DNA of 64,000 nucleotides. Origin: Lama glama (lineage: Eukaryota). The stretch covers positions 35,466,001 through 35,530,000 of the forward strand of contig CM052816.1 in assembly GCA_028534125.1 (NCBI GenBank), read 5' to 3'. The notes beneath the pieces are model-generated. The model saw only the letters and a program-made list of their open reading frames with translations, did no database searches and was not told the origin of the DNA. Positions within the stretch are counted from its first letter, which is position 1, and every line of letters starts with the position of its first letter. Below, piece by piece: positions 25,735 to 39,970 of this stretch. The position numbers and the translations under genes are program-made.

Positions 25735-26315
25735 GAGGCAGATAGCATAGTGTGTTAAAGAGTCAGAGTCCTGATTGTGAGTTCAGGCTTTACCCCGCTC
25801 TGCTGTGATTTGGGGCTGGTTATTTTATCTCTCTCTGCTCATTGTTTCATTACCTGTGAAAAAATAAGACTAATTATCATACGAGCTAACAGAGCTAATA
25901 AGAGGATCAAATGGAAAAGTGCATATAAAGTGCTTGACAATGGTGCATGGCACATAGTGAGGATTTAATAAATAAGAATGTCATTAGTGTCATTGGCTGC
26001 TTCTAATGAAGTAAACACGTACATTGTTAATTTGGGTGTTGGCTCAACTACACAAGAGGAGGGGATTTTGGCTTTCTAGGGTCAGTGGAGAGGAGTGAGC
26101 TGGGGACAGGCAGAGGCTGGACTTGGCCTCCTAGCTCCACAATTTGCTGACTTGACTTCTCTAAGGCTGAATTTTCTCATGTATAAAATAGGCATGATAA
26201 TAACAGCAAACTCACGGCATTGTTGTGAAGATTAGTTTCAATACATCATAAAGCATTTAGAATAGCACCCTGGCATGCACTAAGAACTCAGTGAACATTA
26301 GCTGAAATTATTGTT
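25735..26315 (+). mobile_element. Two MIR SINEs (~25735-25985 and ~26140-26315)
   Basis: gaggcagatagcatagtg...gagtcagagtcctg...aaagtgcttgacaatggtgcatggcacatag; ttttctcatgtataaaataggcatgataataac. Confidence 0.7.
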
Positions 26316-27029
26316 TAAGGCAAAGGCTGTGTTGAAGAGGGACTGCGCTATCCTTGTAACTTGGCCAAAAGCACAAGCGTCACTGAGTGATGACAGAGGA
26401 CTCTAAATATTGTTACAGACTCCCATTGTTATGGACTCAGGAAATGGGGTGGAATTGCGTATAAGGACAATTGCTGAATTAACTCATGGGAGAGAAGGAA
26501 AACAAAGAAATGATTTACTGCCTGAAAAAGATAATTTGATACCTTTCTGAATAATTAATTCTAACTTATGATACCATAGCTTAACATTCCTCTGGCTAAT
26601 TCTCAATGTTTTATTAATAATTGCCTTTTAACTTGTCTCAAATTGTTTCTAGGAGATATATTGCTCCTAGAAACTGCACTGTGCATTATAACCATCTGGA
26701 ATTAATTATATAACACACTGACACCTAGGAACTGGTTCAGTTATTCTCAAGTAGAACTTAGATATCTGCATTTTTTTCAAATGGTTCAAATTATTTCAGT
26801 GTGCAACTAGGGCTGAGAACTTCCATTCTAGAAAAAGTTCCAGAATCAAATCAGTGGTCATCAAAACCCTTTTTCTCACAGTTGCTGGTTCTGAGTACTT
26901 CAACGTGATGAATAATTATTGACTGTCCCTCTTCCCAGCATTCTCTAAGCAAACCTAGAAAGGAGAAAAACAGAAAAAAAAATTTATTCAACCAATCTTG
27001 GAGATCCTATCATATCAGCTCATAAATAA

Positions 27030-27540
27030 CATTCTCATTCTTTTCTGAGGTTAAGAATGTGTCATCATTTGACTACCATTTTTTAACCAGCTTACTACCG
27101 ATATTTAGATTGTTTCCCATCTTCTGCTCTAACAAGCAATGCTGCCATGAATATCTTTGCATATGTATCAGTCTGCATATGCCTGACCATATCTGTAAGT
27201 TAAATATTTAGTAGAGGAATTGCTGTGTCAAAAAAAAAAATCCATTTGTAAATGTGGTAGATACCATCAAATTGTCCTGCATTAAAATGACACCAATTTA
27301 AATTTCCCTACAATATAGAAGTGTGTCTGTTGATCTCCTTAATCTTGCCACACAATGTTATCAACCTTATTGACTTCTGACAAGCTGGTAAACAAAAAGT
27401 GCTGTTTCAATAAAGTCTTATCTGCATTTCTCTTAATATAAATGAGATTTAACATTATCTTATATGTTTAAGATCTGCTTGAACTTCTTTTTTCTGTGAA
27501 ATGTATGTTCATATCTTTTGCACATTTTTTCTTGGGTTTT
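27030..27540 (-). mobile_element. Old L1ME fragment
   Basis: atttagattgtttccc...aacaagcaatgctgccatgaatatc...gaggaattgctg...tgcatttctctta. Confidence 0.7.
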
Positions 27541-29149
27541 TTGGGGGTTTTTTTGTTTTGCCTAATTTACATAGCAAACACACCTAAGATTCCTTTCTTG
27601 CATAACATTATTTTAAACCATCATTATGGGTCATGCCCTTTTTATAAGACTTTCCTGCAAACATGATGAAATCGGAAAATCAGAGTATGGAGATTAAAAG
27701 AATAACTGGAAGCCACAATGTCCATGAGAATTTCTACTGATGAGGACAGAGCTTTGCATGCTGTGAGAGAATTTCACCTCTCTCTTTTTGTAACAAGCAG
27801 AATGAGAAATGGTGGGAGACGGAAATTCTTAGTTCAACCCCAGGACAAGCATTATCTTCATGGTTGATATTCAAATATGTGTTCTGTACATGAGTTCTGA
27901 AGAACTCAGCGCATCTTGGAAACTTCAGTAGGAATAGCACACACATCAGCTTTTTTGAGGCTAGTTCAGTATTCAAAAATACCCAACTCATCTCTCTTAA
28001 ATTTTATCAAGAGCTAGGGCTCAGCAAAATAGAAAAGTAGACATAAAATATGCCTGGAAAGATAATTCAGAAACTCACCATTGATTGCCCAGAGAGGGGA
28101 ACTGGGTGGCTTGGGAGGAAAGGTTCAAGGAGGACTTTACACTATAAGGCTTTTTACACCGTCTGACTATTGAAGTGAATGTATTAATTGCTTCCAAAAT
28201 AAAAGGATAAATTTTTTTAAAATATGCACATGAATTTCTGTCTTTTCAAGTAATCCTGAGATGCCTTGCAGGTTGGAATAGATCAGAATCACCTTGGGTG
28301 CACAGGGTGATCTTACCTGCTCTAAGGGCTCAGCGGGAAAGACAGTCACTGTATGGGATACAGTTATGTGAAAATTCCAGAGTCTCTCATTTTGTTTTGT
28401 TCTGTGTGCTGACTTATAGTGACTGTTCATGTTCCTAATGAGTTACCTTTGTTACTAAAAAGGCAATTACTTAAAGACTACTAAAAAGGTAAAAATTGTG
28501 GTAGGGAATTATACAGTCTCTTTCAATATTAGTTCCATTATTCTAAGAAATTCCAGGAATTACTTAAAGAATGTGGCTCACATTCTAATTCAATTCTGTA
28601 TTTATTGAAATATTGTTTATCTTTCTGAAGAATGCCCTTAATAGAATGTCCTAAATAGAAGTTATAGGACTCAAGAAAAGACAACTTTCCATTAAGACAA
28701 CCAGCTTGCTGAGTTGGTGTCATGTCTTAGTTTGTGTTCAGCAGGCATCTAACACTCTGAAAATGATCAAAACTGGTTTTGGCAGTTAATTATCAAATGG
28801 CGGGGCTGTACAGCCAATCTGACTGACTGTGCCAACACCAACCATTAAAATTAGAGTAGCTGAAAAAAATCAGATCACATGGAGGAATAGCCTTAATTAC
28901 CCCATGGTGGTAAGATACATGCCTAGGGAAATTATTTAAACCTTTCATACCATTAGGGTAGACAGTTTTATAGTGATCACAGTTGGTTTTCTACATGACA
29001 CAGAAACTGTACAGTTAGGAGTGGTGTATCTAGCATTCAAACCAGTCTCTAGCTGAAACAAAAGACCAGTCTCTTCCCATCACACTGCTTTGATGTAAGC
29101 TACTGCCCGTCTCTCAGTTCTGCCACCTGACCTGCAGCACTTTTTCCTC

Positions 29150-30900
29150 CTGCAATACAGGACTGAATCTAGCGTTGGGTCATTACATGTAATTGTCATG
29201 CCTCTTTAGCCTCTTTTAATCTGGAACATCTTCACAGCCCCCCCCCTTTTTTCAACATTGACATTTTAAAAGAATACTCTCCCTCTACATACTTTTTTAA
29301 AATAGAAATTTCCTCCTTTTATGTTTGTCAGATGTTTTCCCTTAAGTAGATTAAGGCTTTGCATTCCTGGGTGGAGCATTGCATAGGACAGAGATGCTGT
29401 GTTCTTCTTGGAGCATGTCATTTGGAATCATCCAGCATGCATCTGTCTCTCATGGATGATGCTAATTTTGACATCTAGTTAAAGTGTTGCCAATTTCTCC
29501 ACTCTATAATGACTCGGGTGTTTTCCTCAGTTGCAACCAATAACCAGTCTGTAGGGAGATACTTTAAGACTATGCAAATATCCTGCCCTTCACTAAATTT
29601 CTAGGTTTATCGTGCATTGGTGATTCTTGTATAATCCAGTCTTTACCATTATGGTTGCAAATGATGATTTCCCAAATCCAGCACTCCCTCTACATTTACC
29701 AGAAAGGCCCAGTCATTCCACTTTAAGCAAAAGAAGTTATTCTTCTATCCATCACCAGTTAAAATTCATGAGTTCATATTTTTTCAATGATTTATAAATC
29801 ATTATTTTACTTAATTATTTACACGTTCAAATTGTCCCAGATTTGACCAGCGGAAATCTATTCAGCTGGCATCTATTTCTTTGCAACATGCCCTCCATCA
29901 TGTTTTTGAGTACTTCTTTACTTTCTGGAATAACACAATGTTTCTCTTTGCCTTGCACCTACCCTGCCCCAACCCTGGTTCAGTTGTTTCTTTGAGAAAC
30001 TGTAGTTATTTTTAGTAAAAATGATATTAAAGATCGAAATCTGGATGCTAGTATACTGATTGCTATTTGTATTGTACGTCTTTGCTTTGGTATGTCTTTC
30101 CTTCTTGGCCCTTTCAGCAGACAGAGCTAGGAAATGCATGCATGTATATCCACAAATAAATACACATACACACAAATAAACACAAACATACATACATGTA
30201 CATATACACATGCATTATGATAGCCAACCTCCAAGATAGCCCCCAGGGATCCCTGCCTCTTGGCATTGACACTCTAGTGCACATACGACATTGTATAAGG
30301 TTTTGTCTAAGTAAGCAACAGGGCATGGGGGAAATGATGATACATCTACTTCTGAGACTATGTTATTAAAGACACTGTGGCTTCCATTTTGGTTTCTTTC
30401 TTTTCTTTTCTCCTTCTTCTTACTCTCTCTCCCTGGAGGAAGTCAGCTGCCTTGTTGTGAGCAGCCTCTGGAGAGGCCCACATGGTGAAGAACTGAAGCT
30501 TTCTGCCAAAAACCACATCAGTGTGTTTGGAAATGATCCCCCAGCCTCATTTAACCTTTAGGATGACTGCAGCCTTAGTCAACAGTTCGATTGTAACCTC
30601 TTGAGAGACAGTGAGTCAGAACCACCCAGCCAAGTCATTTCCTGTTAGCTAACCCACAGAAACTGTAGAATAATAAATGTTTGTTGTCTTAAGTTGCTAA
30701 ATTTTAAGCTAATTTGTTAAGCAGCAATAGATAACTGATATATGCATATTCATATATACACCTTCACACTCATATCTCCAGTTCCAATCTCCTCCCACAT
30801 TTCATATTTGTCTGTCCCTTCTTCCTCACTGAGAACTCTTGTGCCCAACATCAACAGATTAATTTATTTGCTGAATTCTATTAAACAACCAAAGTTGTTT
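29150..30900 (-). mobile_element. L1MC/MD 3' region interrupted by an MLT1F-like LTR (~30215-30740, + strand)
   Basis: caaattgtcccagatttgaccag...cctttcagcagacagagctaggaa; inner ggaagtcagctgcc...gagaggcccacatggtgaagaactgaag...aataaatgtttgttgtcttaag. Confidence 0.75.
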
Positions 30901-31124
30901 TAGAACTGTAAGATAATAAATTTGTAGTGCTTAAGCCACTACATTATGGAAGTTTGCTACAACAGCAATAGGAAACTAATATGTAGGTTTTGAACATTTC
31001 TTGGTAAGTTTACTCCTAAATATTTTCTATTTATTTCTATTATTGTGGATGGGCTTTTTCCTGTTATTATCTTATAACTATTTGTTACTTGTGTATATAA
31101 ATGCTATTTATTTTTGCATGCTAA

Positions 31125-31220
31125 TTTTTTTTATCATAACATTTTGTGTATATTTCCCTGTGCTATACAGTGTAATCTTGTTTATCTGTTCTACAATTTT
31201 GAAATCCCAGTCTATCCCTT
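31125..31220 (-). mobile_element. Young camelid-type L1 3'UTR piece abutting a gap
   Basis: Reverse reads aagggatagactgggatttcaaaattgtagaacagataaacaagattacactgtatagcacagggaaatatacacaaaatgttatgataaa; same family as 50626-50769. Confidence 0.75.
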
Positions 31221-31720
31221 NNNNNNNNNNNNNNNNNNNNNNNNNNNNNNNNNNNNNNNNNNNNNNNNNNNNNNNNNNNNNNNNNNNNNNNNNNNNNNNN
31301 NNNNNNNNNNNNNNNNNNNNNNNNNNNNNNNNNNNNNNNNNNNNNNNNNNNNNNNNNNNNNNNNNNNNNNNNNNNNNNNNNNNNNNNNNNNNNNNNNNNN
31401 NNNNNNNNNNNNNNNNNNNNNNNNNNNNNNNNNNNNNNNNNNNNNNNNNNNNNNNNNNNNNNNNNNNNNNNNNNNNNNNNNNNNNNNNNNNNNNNNNNNN
31501 NNNNNNNNNNNNNNNNNNNNNNNNNNNNNNNNNNNNNNNNNNNNNNNNNNNNNNNNNNNNNNNNNNNNNNNNNNNNNNNNNNNNNNNNNNNNNNNNNNNN
31601 NNNNNNNNNNNNNNNNNNNNNNNNNNNNNNNNNNNNNNNNNNNNNNNNNNNNNNNNNNNNNNNNNNNNNNNNNNNNNNNNNNNNNNNNNNNNNNNNNNNN
31701 NNNNNNNNNNNNNNNNNNNN
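31221..31720. other. Assembly gap (500 N)
   Basis: Run of N. Confidence 1.
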
Positions 31721-32000
31721 ATTAGATGAGGTGGTGAGAATGGAGCCCCCATCAATGGGATTAGTGGCCTTATGAGACTCACCAGAGAACTTGTGGCTCT
31801 CTGCTCTCTGCTCTCTGCCATGTAAGGATACAATAAGCAAACTGCCATCTACAAGCCAGGAAGTGGGTTCTCACCAGACACCAGATCTGCCTGCTCTTGA
31901 TTGGATTGGATTTCCCAGCCTTTAGGGCTGTAAGAAATAAATGTTGTTTAAGTCACTCAGTCTATGCTGTGTTGTTACAGCATTCCAAACTAACTAAGAT
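31721..32000 (+). mobile_element. MLT1A-like LTR 3' part
   Basis: aatgggattagtggccttat...gccatgtaaggatac...gccatctacaagccaggaag...gtaagaaataaatgttgtttaagtcactcagtctatg. Confidence 0.8.
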
Positions 32001-32721
32001 GTGGAGATAGTGGACATCTGTGCCATCTCAAGATGCCTTATAAGACATCATGACCTTAGTGGGAATGCCTTTAAGGTTTTCCCATTAAGACAACATTTCT
32101 GATTGAAAAGACCACCCAGCACCAGAACTGCCCTTAGGATTTGCACAATGACAACAAAAAAGCACAGTTATTTCTTTTGGTGTGTTTATATTTGAATTGG
32201 AAAGACATACATTTAGGTTTAAAGCAACTGAAGAACTGACTTTAAATGTTACAGATCAACAAGTCTATTGCAATATAATGTGGTACAAGTTTAATTTTTA
32301 AATGGGGGAAATTAAGGTTAATTTTTTTAGCAATGTCTATCAATTGAGCCTCTCTGAAGAACCTACGATAGTCAAGACAAACTCTTGTTTAAAAACTCGG
32401 GATACTTAATCTCTCAGAGCGTCATTATAGTCATTACATTCTTTTAAAAAAATTATCTGATAGTAAAATTGGACTTTTTCTCTTTGGGTGTATAGTTCTA
32501 TGGATTTTAACATATAAATAGATTTGTGTAACCACTATCACAATCAGGATACAGAACAGTTCCATCAATTTAAAAAAACAAAACAAAACCTCTGTCATGC
32601 TCTCCCTTTATAGTCATAACCTTTTCAAATAAAATATATATCACACATTAAACAGTTCAATTTCTTGGCATATTCCTTGATTTTAAAATATGTTTCCTTT
32701 TTGTTACTCCTTCATAGATAC

Positions 32722-33311
32722 TATATTACTTTTCTATTGCTGCATAAAATATTACCACAAAATTCACAGCTTAAAATAAAACACCTTTATTTTCTCAGTT
32801 CCTCTGGGTCAGGACTCAGGATATGAATTAGCTGGATTCTCTGCTCAGGAGCTCACCAAGCTGAAATTAACATGTGGACGAGAGATGGGATCTCATCTGA
32901 TGTTTGGGGTTCTCTCCCCCATTTCATTCATGTTGTTGGCAGAATTCAGTTTCTTGCAGTTATGAAACTGAAAACCTTATCCCCTAGATACACTCCTCTC
33001 TATAGGCAGTTCACAACATGAGTGATTTCTTCTTTAACATCCACAGGAAAGTATTTGCTGTTGATTCTTGACAGTTCAGGGCTCACCTGAATCGGTCTGG
33101 CCCACTTAGGATAATCTGCCTTTGATTAACTCACAGTCAACCTTTTACAGACCCTAATTGCATCTATAATATCTCTTGTCATAGAATATAACATAATCAT
33201 GAGAATGAGATCTATCATATTCACTGTTCAGACCACACTCTTGAGGGGGAATTATATGGGAATTCTATACCAAGGGTAGTAATCTTAGGGCCATCTTGGA
33301 GTTCTGCCACA
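32722..33311 (-). mobile_element. MLT1E-like LTR
   Basis: tatattacttttctattgctgcat...gttgttggcagaattcagtttcttgcagtt...ggccatcttggagttctgcc. Confidence 0.75.
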
Positions 33312-33384
33312 GATACTACAGATGTTCTAGGAAAAAACCCTAAAATATCATACTTTTTTTGTTTTTGAGCACACTGAAATGACT

Positions 33385-33650
33385 ACAGAAGCAGGGCAGG
33401 TGACATAAATGAGTAACCTGAACCAGTTGTGGCAAATGACATAGCCTTGCTCTGCTTAGCAGGAGGGGCAGCTGCTCACTCCCAAACAAATGTCACTCAG
33501 AGATGTGGACCACTATTGCCAGGTCACCTGATTTTTTTAGAGAAGTTAGAAATCTGAATTTATATATGTAATTCATCATTTTAAAAAATATTGGAAACTA
33601 GCTCAAATTTTTAAAAAAATGTTGTGTGGGCCAAACAACTGATAATTGGG
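33385..33650. mobile_element. MER102-like hAT-Charlie element
   Basis: tgccaggtcacctgatttttttagagaagttagaaatctgaattt...gtgggccaaac. Confidence 0.6.
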
Positions 33651-34809
33651 ACTGCAGTCAGACTACTATCTGCTTATAGAACTAATTTTCTGTGATCCCA
33701 TGACTGTATAAGTAAAATAACAGTTCAGGAGACCTGCCTGAGTGTCACTGAAGTATTTGTGTGAGGATTTGGATTACAACTCAATTCCTGTGGCTCCTAG
33801 CACTCCCTTTAGCCTAAGTAATCATTTAACTTGTTCCACTGTTATGTATTCAAATAGTCCACTTGAAATTCAAAATGCTTTAAATTGGTTAATCATTTCT
33901 TAAGACATTTACCTTTCAAACTAAAAAAGAAAAAAATTGCATCATTGTCCTGTCCTTTTATCTTAAAATCAAATGCCACTGGGCAGATTTTTATTCATGG
34001 TTCTTCTACTAAGACAAGGTATAATTTATCAAATTTTAGTAACATTTTGATGTATTGCTTTTGAAAAAACATCTGCCAAGATATTAGTGATATGATATCT
34101 AGATAAATAGTTGCCTGCAAGTTGAAAAGCAAAGGTTCTTCTCAATTAATTTATATTACATAAGACATTTATGTCAAGTAGGTGCCTCATGGAGTTTGAC
34201 ATCAGGACAAATAATATTAATAATAAATCTATCTTTCAGGTAGATTGTAAAGTATAATTAGTTAGTACCAGAAGAGTGCTTTGTATGTAGAAATTGCTTT
34301 ATAAATTCCAAGTATGATTTCTCATTAATAACCTTGAATGCATTTGACATTAATCAATGAGTTAACTTGACATGAATCAAAATTGCCCATGACCTAGGAG
34401 TGGTATAAATGATATAATTATACAACACAATGATTCTAACCAAATTCAAAGGAATGTAAAGTGGAAATAGATATAGTTAAACACTAGTCCAAAACAATTT
34501 TTAAAGCCCATGGAAAGTTGTTGCATAGGGAAATAGCAAAATTGTAGGAGTAAAAATAAGATTCAGCTGTTTAACTATTGCTTTGGATTAAAGTGCGATT
34601 CTCTCTCTCTCTTTTTTTTTTTTTAGAATTGATTGTTTGACTTAAAGGAATAAAATCAAGGAATTAAATACCCCTTATTAGTCCTTGCAGTAATGGAAGA
34701 CTTCATAGACATCCCAGGATTTACAGATAGGGATCTTTTATTATTGAAATGAAGAAGAGCTTCTTTTCAAAATGTTGTCCAGTAGCTTGAAATTAAAACT
34801 TGCCGTTTG

Positions 34810-35780
34810 AACTCTTACAACTCAAGAATAAAAAGACAAACTAATTAAAAATGGCAAAGGATCTGGAGAAACATTTCTCCAAAGAAGACATACAAATGAC
34901 CAATAAGCACATAAAAAGATGCTCAATATCATTAGACGTTAAGAAAATGCAAATTAAAATCACAATGAGATACCACTTTATCCCCAGTAAAATGGCTAGA
35001 ATCAAAAAATCAGGTAAGTGTTGGTGAGAATGCAGAGAAACTGGAATCTTCATATATTGCAGATGGGAATATAAAATGGTGCAGCCACTGTGGAAAACAG
35101 TGGTGGTTCTTTAAAAATTTAGACATAAATTTACCATATGATCCAGCAATTCTACTCCTACATATTTACTCACAAAAACTGAAAGCAGGAACTCAAATAT
35201 TTACATGCCAATGTTTATTGCAGCCTTATTCACAATAGTCAAAAGCTGGAAATGACTCAAGTGTCCATCACCTGATAAAATAATAAATAAAATGTAGTGG
35301 CCAAATACACAATGAAACAATATTCAGCTATAAAAATTAAGTTCTTACCATTTTGAGCTTTGAATCATCTTACCATTGATGAGCTTTGAACACATTATCT
35401 ATGTGAAGTAAGCCAGACATAAAAAGACAAATACTATATGATTGCAATTATAGGAGGTACCTAAAATAGGCAAATTCATAGAGATAGAAAGTAGAGTAGA
35501 GGTTACCAGAGGATGGTGGAGGAGGAATTAGGAGTTAACAGATACAGAGTTTCAATTTAGAATTACTGAAAATTTTGGAAATAAATAGTAGTGATGGTTC
35601 CACAACTGTGTGAATATAGTTAATGTCACTGAATTGAACAATTAGAAATAAAGTGGCAAATATATATATACACCCACAATTTTAAAAATTAATGCAACAT
35701 ACCAAAAACCATTGAATTGCACACTTTAAGTGAATTGTGCTATGTGAATTATATTTCTGTTAAGCTGTTATTTTAAAAAA
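34810..35780 (+). mobile_element. L1MB-like ORF2 3' end and 3'UTR
   Basis: aaaatggcaaaggatctggagaaacatttctccaaagaagacatacaaatg...gaaatgcaaattaaaatcacaatgagataccac...atatgatccagcaattctactccta. Confidence 0.9.
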
Positions 35781-37079
35781 ATATTGCTGCTGAAGTCCCA
35801 GATACTTCTTAAATATCACTTACACACTTGCACACAAATAAATATATTTGTATATAGCATCTGTGATCTTAAGCAAACTTTCCTGAGCACCCCTCATCCC
35901 ATCAGTATTAATCTCATACTTTTCCTTCATAGCACTTACCATGGATGAAATGTTCTCCCCTACCAGATCCTTTTTAATTCACACTTGTTTCTTAGTGCCT
36001 AGCACAGTGTCTGGCACAAAATTGGTATTGAATGAATGAATGATTGGGCTCAGGGTTTGCATGAGTGGCTGTGGGTCTTATCCGTTAATAAAGTAACACC
36101 TGCAGAATCCATGGATTGAACAGCACAGAGAGAGTTCATATATGGCAGTGAATAGCATATGATTCTCAAAATTACCTTAGGAGTCCACCCCGAGATATAT
36201 TATAAGCATGTTGGATACAAGGTATGCATTTGTCAAAGAAATGTTCACCCAAATTATGATTTGAAGGTGATGAAAGAGGTTTCACCACCTAATGGTTAGG
36301 GCGGTATTTTGTATTTGGATAAAAGATTGACTTATTCATTATGTGAAAATTGAATTTGGGAGATAAAATGTTAAGAGAACTTTAAATTCTAAAAACAAAT
36401 TTTAAAAAGCTGCCAATATTAGAAGGAAACTCCCAGAAAAAGTTCAAGAGATCTGATTTATTTAGATTAAAGAAATCACATTTCAGATAGAAAAACACTT
36501 TTTAACAAGTGTCTGATTTCAGAGAAAAAGACTTTAGATTGAAGAGATCTGGAGAATGGTAAAACAAGAGCAAAGGGCAAACTCAAACTGAAATTGAGAA
36601 AGTATTCCTGGAGCTAATTACAGTCAGAAAGTGGAACCATTTCCCTAAAGAAGTAATTCTAGTAAGCTCAATAGTGGCGTTCAAATGGAAATTAAATGTT
36701 TATGGAAAATGTGATGTTCATTTCTCTGATACGGGAGGTTCTACTAGCTGATTCATAAATTCATTATCCTCTTCCATCTTCTCCTTCTATCCTTTTGCTT
36801 CCTGTGAAATTTTCTATTTTATCTGAGGCTGGGTCTGATGAGCATTTACCATTATGTGATTAGGCAGCATTTTATATTTTATAGGAAACATTTATCTGAA
36901 TGCCGTATTTAAAACTTCACCAGAAAGACTAGGCCAATGAAGGTTATACAATATGGTTTTCTCAGCTTGAACTCAGTGTAAGAAACTTTCCAATTCTAAA
37001 TGACATCGATTACAAATTCATTGATTCAAAATATCTTAGACAGTTAACTTCCTATAGAAATATGATACATTTATTACAT

Positions 37080-38620
37080 ATTTCAAAATACAGATTTGGG
37101 TTTCTGGTTCAATAGCAAATTTAGAACAGGTACATATCTTCCCTCTTTCCCTAGACTCCAGAAACATGACAGGAAAGGAATAAACCCGTATTACATCAAT
37201 GGAGGAAAGATTCTGAGAAATTTCTGTGAGATAAAATAGAAGGAGAGTTTGTTTGCAGACTAAACAAAGACAGGACAACTCCAAGTATGCTGTGGAAGTG
37301 AGAGGAGAAGGCTGATTTTTCTGGCAAGCGCTCAGGGAAAGCAGGGACTATGGGAAGGTAGGGGTGCAAAGGGGAACCAAAAGAGAGGGGTTGATGGACT
37401 GCTTATCTCGTGAACAGCTCCGCTGGGCAGCCTCCTCCCCTACCTCTCTACCTCTCTGTCCAGGTCCCTAATGTTATTCACAAGCAAAAATCAGGGGATT
37501 CTTCTCTTAAGCATGTAGTGAACTGCCTGAGGAGGGTGAGTTATTCGGGTAGGTTTCTGCATTTTGACATTTGGAGTGATCTCTGCCTCATGCCCCCAAT
37601 TTGCAGAGTTCCTGATTAGCCATCCTGTTTATGCTAAAGAACAGATGAGAAAAACAGCACACGGGCACTCCAGGCCAGCTACTTGGAGTAATCAAAGCAG
37701 TTAATCAACCAAGATCATAGACATATAAAAAAAAACAATCAGCATGGAGGAGATAGAAAAAGATAACTTACGGATAAAGCAAAAATCCTATAAATATGGA
37801 ACCATCTAAAGCTTTCTTGGGCAAAACAGAATGGACCTAAGACAATGCATAGCAAAAGGGGAATAGGTCTTTGTAACATGATTTTTCAAAAAAAGCAAAT
37901 GTTTTCTCCCTCAAGAAGAAAAAGTAAGAACCTTTAGGAGAAAAAAGTAGAAAAGTCATGGTCCAAATAAGCAAACTAAATTATGGCTGGATTTGATGCA
38001 AAACGTGAAAAGAGAATTCATGTAGGAATATTCATTATAGAAACTTCAGTCTTTGAGTGGCTCAGGGGTCATGACATTGGACTCAGCACACTCTCTTCCT
38101 CTTCAATGGACCATATTTACATAATGATAGTAATGGAAATATTCTCATCCAACGTGGCAGGAGTTAAGAAAAACTCTTTGAATAAACAAACACTTTAAAA
38201 GAGAAATAGCCAAGAGTTAGAATTTAAATAAACAAATCCTTAAATATTCAAAAGTAACCAATAGAAGAACTAAAATAATAGCTACTCCAAAAAATTAGAA
38301 GTGGGAAATGAGGTAAGGAAAAGAAGTGATCTAAGTCCTCATCTTTCACAGCCTAACTGATCAACCGAAAAAGAGCATTATGAACATACTTACTGCCATG
38401 GAGATAATCACCAGAAAAAATTAAAAACAATATTTTAGTTGGCTGCTTCTGTGGGGAAAAAAATGGGCTATATACCTTCATTATAAACCTTCATATAAAT
38501 TCGTTATAAACTTTCATATAAATTCATTATAAACCTTCATAAAAATTTTCATTATACACCTTCATATAAATTTTTGGGATGTCTTTGTTGCTATCTACAT
38601 ATATTGCTAGGATAAAAAAT
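37080..38620 (+). mobile_element. Highly decayed L1ME/HAL1-like fragments
   Basis: gtttctggttcaatagc 5'-like start, A-rich body, L1ME-like 3' end gttggctgcttctg...ttcattataaacc. Confidence 0.4.
38478..38571. repeat. Tandem repeat, ~23-bp unit x4 (tcattataaaccttcatataaat)
   Basis: Four near-identical units read directly. Confidence 0.85.
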
Positions 38621-39049
38621 TAAACCCAGAATTGTTTTCCTGAAAGTTAGAGAAGGAAATACTAGGTATGAATCATCATCTTCTCATTTATGTGACTACT
38701 TAGTGGCCAGTTAAACTGGGGAAAATAATATAACCTGACAAATTCACTAGGCCTTGTCTCTAACCACCAAGAAGATCAACCATGACCTTAGGACTTGAGG
38801 AAAGGTTACCAACATAAAAATCAAGAAAATGGACAACTTTGGTGGCTTGGAAGAAGACACAGCCACTGCTTCAGAACAAGAGGAAGCCATGGTGGGTCAG
38901 GGGAACCTAGGAAGGTAATAGCCATCATGGATGAAGGAGTGTCAGGAAACCATTAGGTAGGATTGCCCATTCAAGGGCACTAGAGGCCAGAGAAGGCTGG
39001 GGGCCTCATGTTGTATTAGATAATAGAAAGCAATGGTGGGGGCTGCTAA

Positions 39050-39970
39050 TTTAGACAACATGGTCAGGAACCCCTCCTCAAATCAGTTGACATTCGAACA
39101 GAGACCTGATGAAAATGAGGGAGCAAGCCATGAAGGTCCATGAAGGAAGAAAGTTCCAGACAGAGAAACAGCAAGTGAAAAGGCCCTGTGGTAGAACCCC
39201 TGTTCAGTGCAAGACTTCTCCTTCAGTGTCTCAAAGGCTTTTCTAACTCCAAATTAGTATGCTCCAAATTAGTCTATATTTTCCCTCAAGCACTCACTTC
39301 CAACCTTAGTAAATGGTACTCAACCATGGCACACACCAGGAAGCTAGGAGTCATCCTGGATAAAAGCCCCTTCCTGTCCACCACCTCTAATGCATGTCAT
39401 GCATCCTGAGGAAGACCATCACAGTCCACAGCACTCTCATTTGCAGGGACTCCAGCAGCAGCCTCCCCATGGACTTCAATATCCACTCCCATGATACTCT
39501 GCCCTGCAGCATGTAAAACTGCATGCTGGAGCATGTCAGACTTCCCAGTGCTCTTTGGATAGGACTACAGTAATCAGCTTGACCTAAGATGTCCTGCTGA
39601 GTCTGCCAACCTCTCCAGGTTCATCTTGCACACTCTCACCTTCATTCTCTGCACTCTATTCACCATGGCCTTCTTCAGGTATGAGGACACCATTCTTTCT
39701 CCTGCCCCAGGTTTCTGACATCTGCTGATCACCTCGTGTGCCGTCCCTATAGCAGACTATGTTTTCTTGGAATTTCCTATCTCATTTCAAATGTCACTTC
39801 CTCAGGGAAAATTTTCCTGATTAGGTCAGGCTCTATTTCTATCACTTCTTTTGCTTTTTCTTCCTCACCAATCTCTGAAGTCTTCTGATGGAAGGAAAAG
39901 TGTCTATTTTGCTTATATCTCTAAACTTACAACAGAGGCTGGCATATAATAGCTCTTTAGTAAATTAGAC
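39050..39970. mobile_element. L2 fragments (minus ~39050-39190, plus ~39200-39970)
   Basis: gacattcgaacagagacctga...gggagcaagccatg; ctaggagtcatcctgga...tcaaatgtcacttcctcagggaa. Confidence 0.7.

Noticed and set aside
31001..31848. Long ORFs of 203-246 aa
   Set aside because: Artefacts of translating through the 500-N gap; the flanks are L1 and MLT1
38478..38571. CRISPR-like array
   Set aside because: Head-to-tail repeats without unique spacers, in a mammalian context
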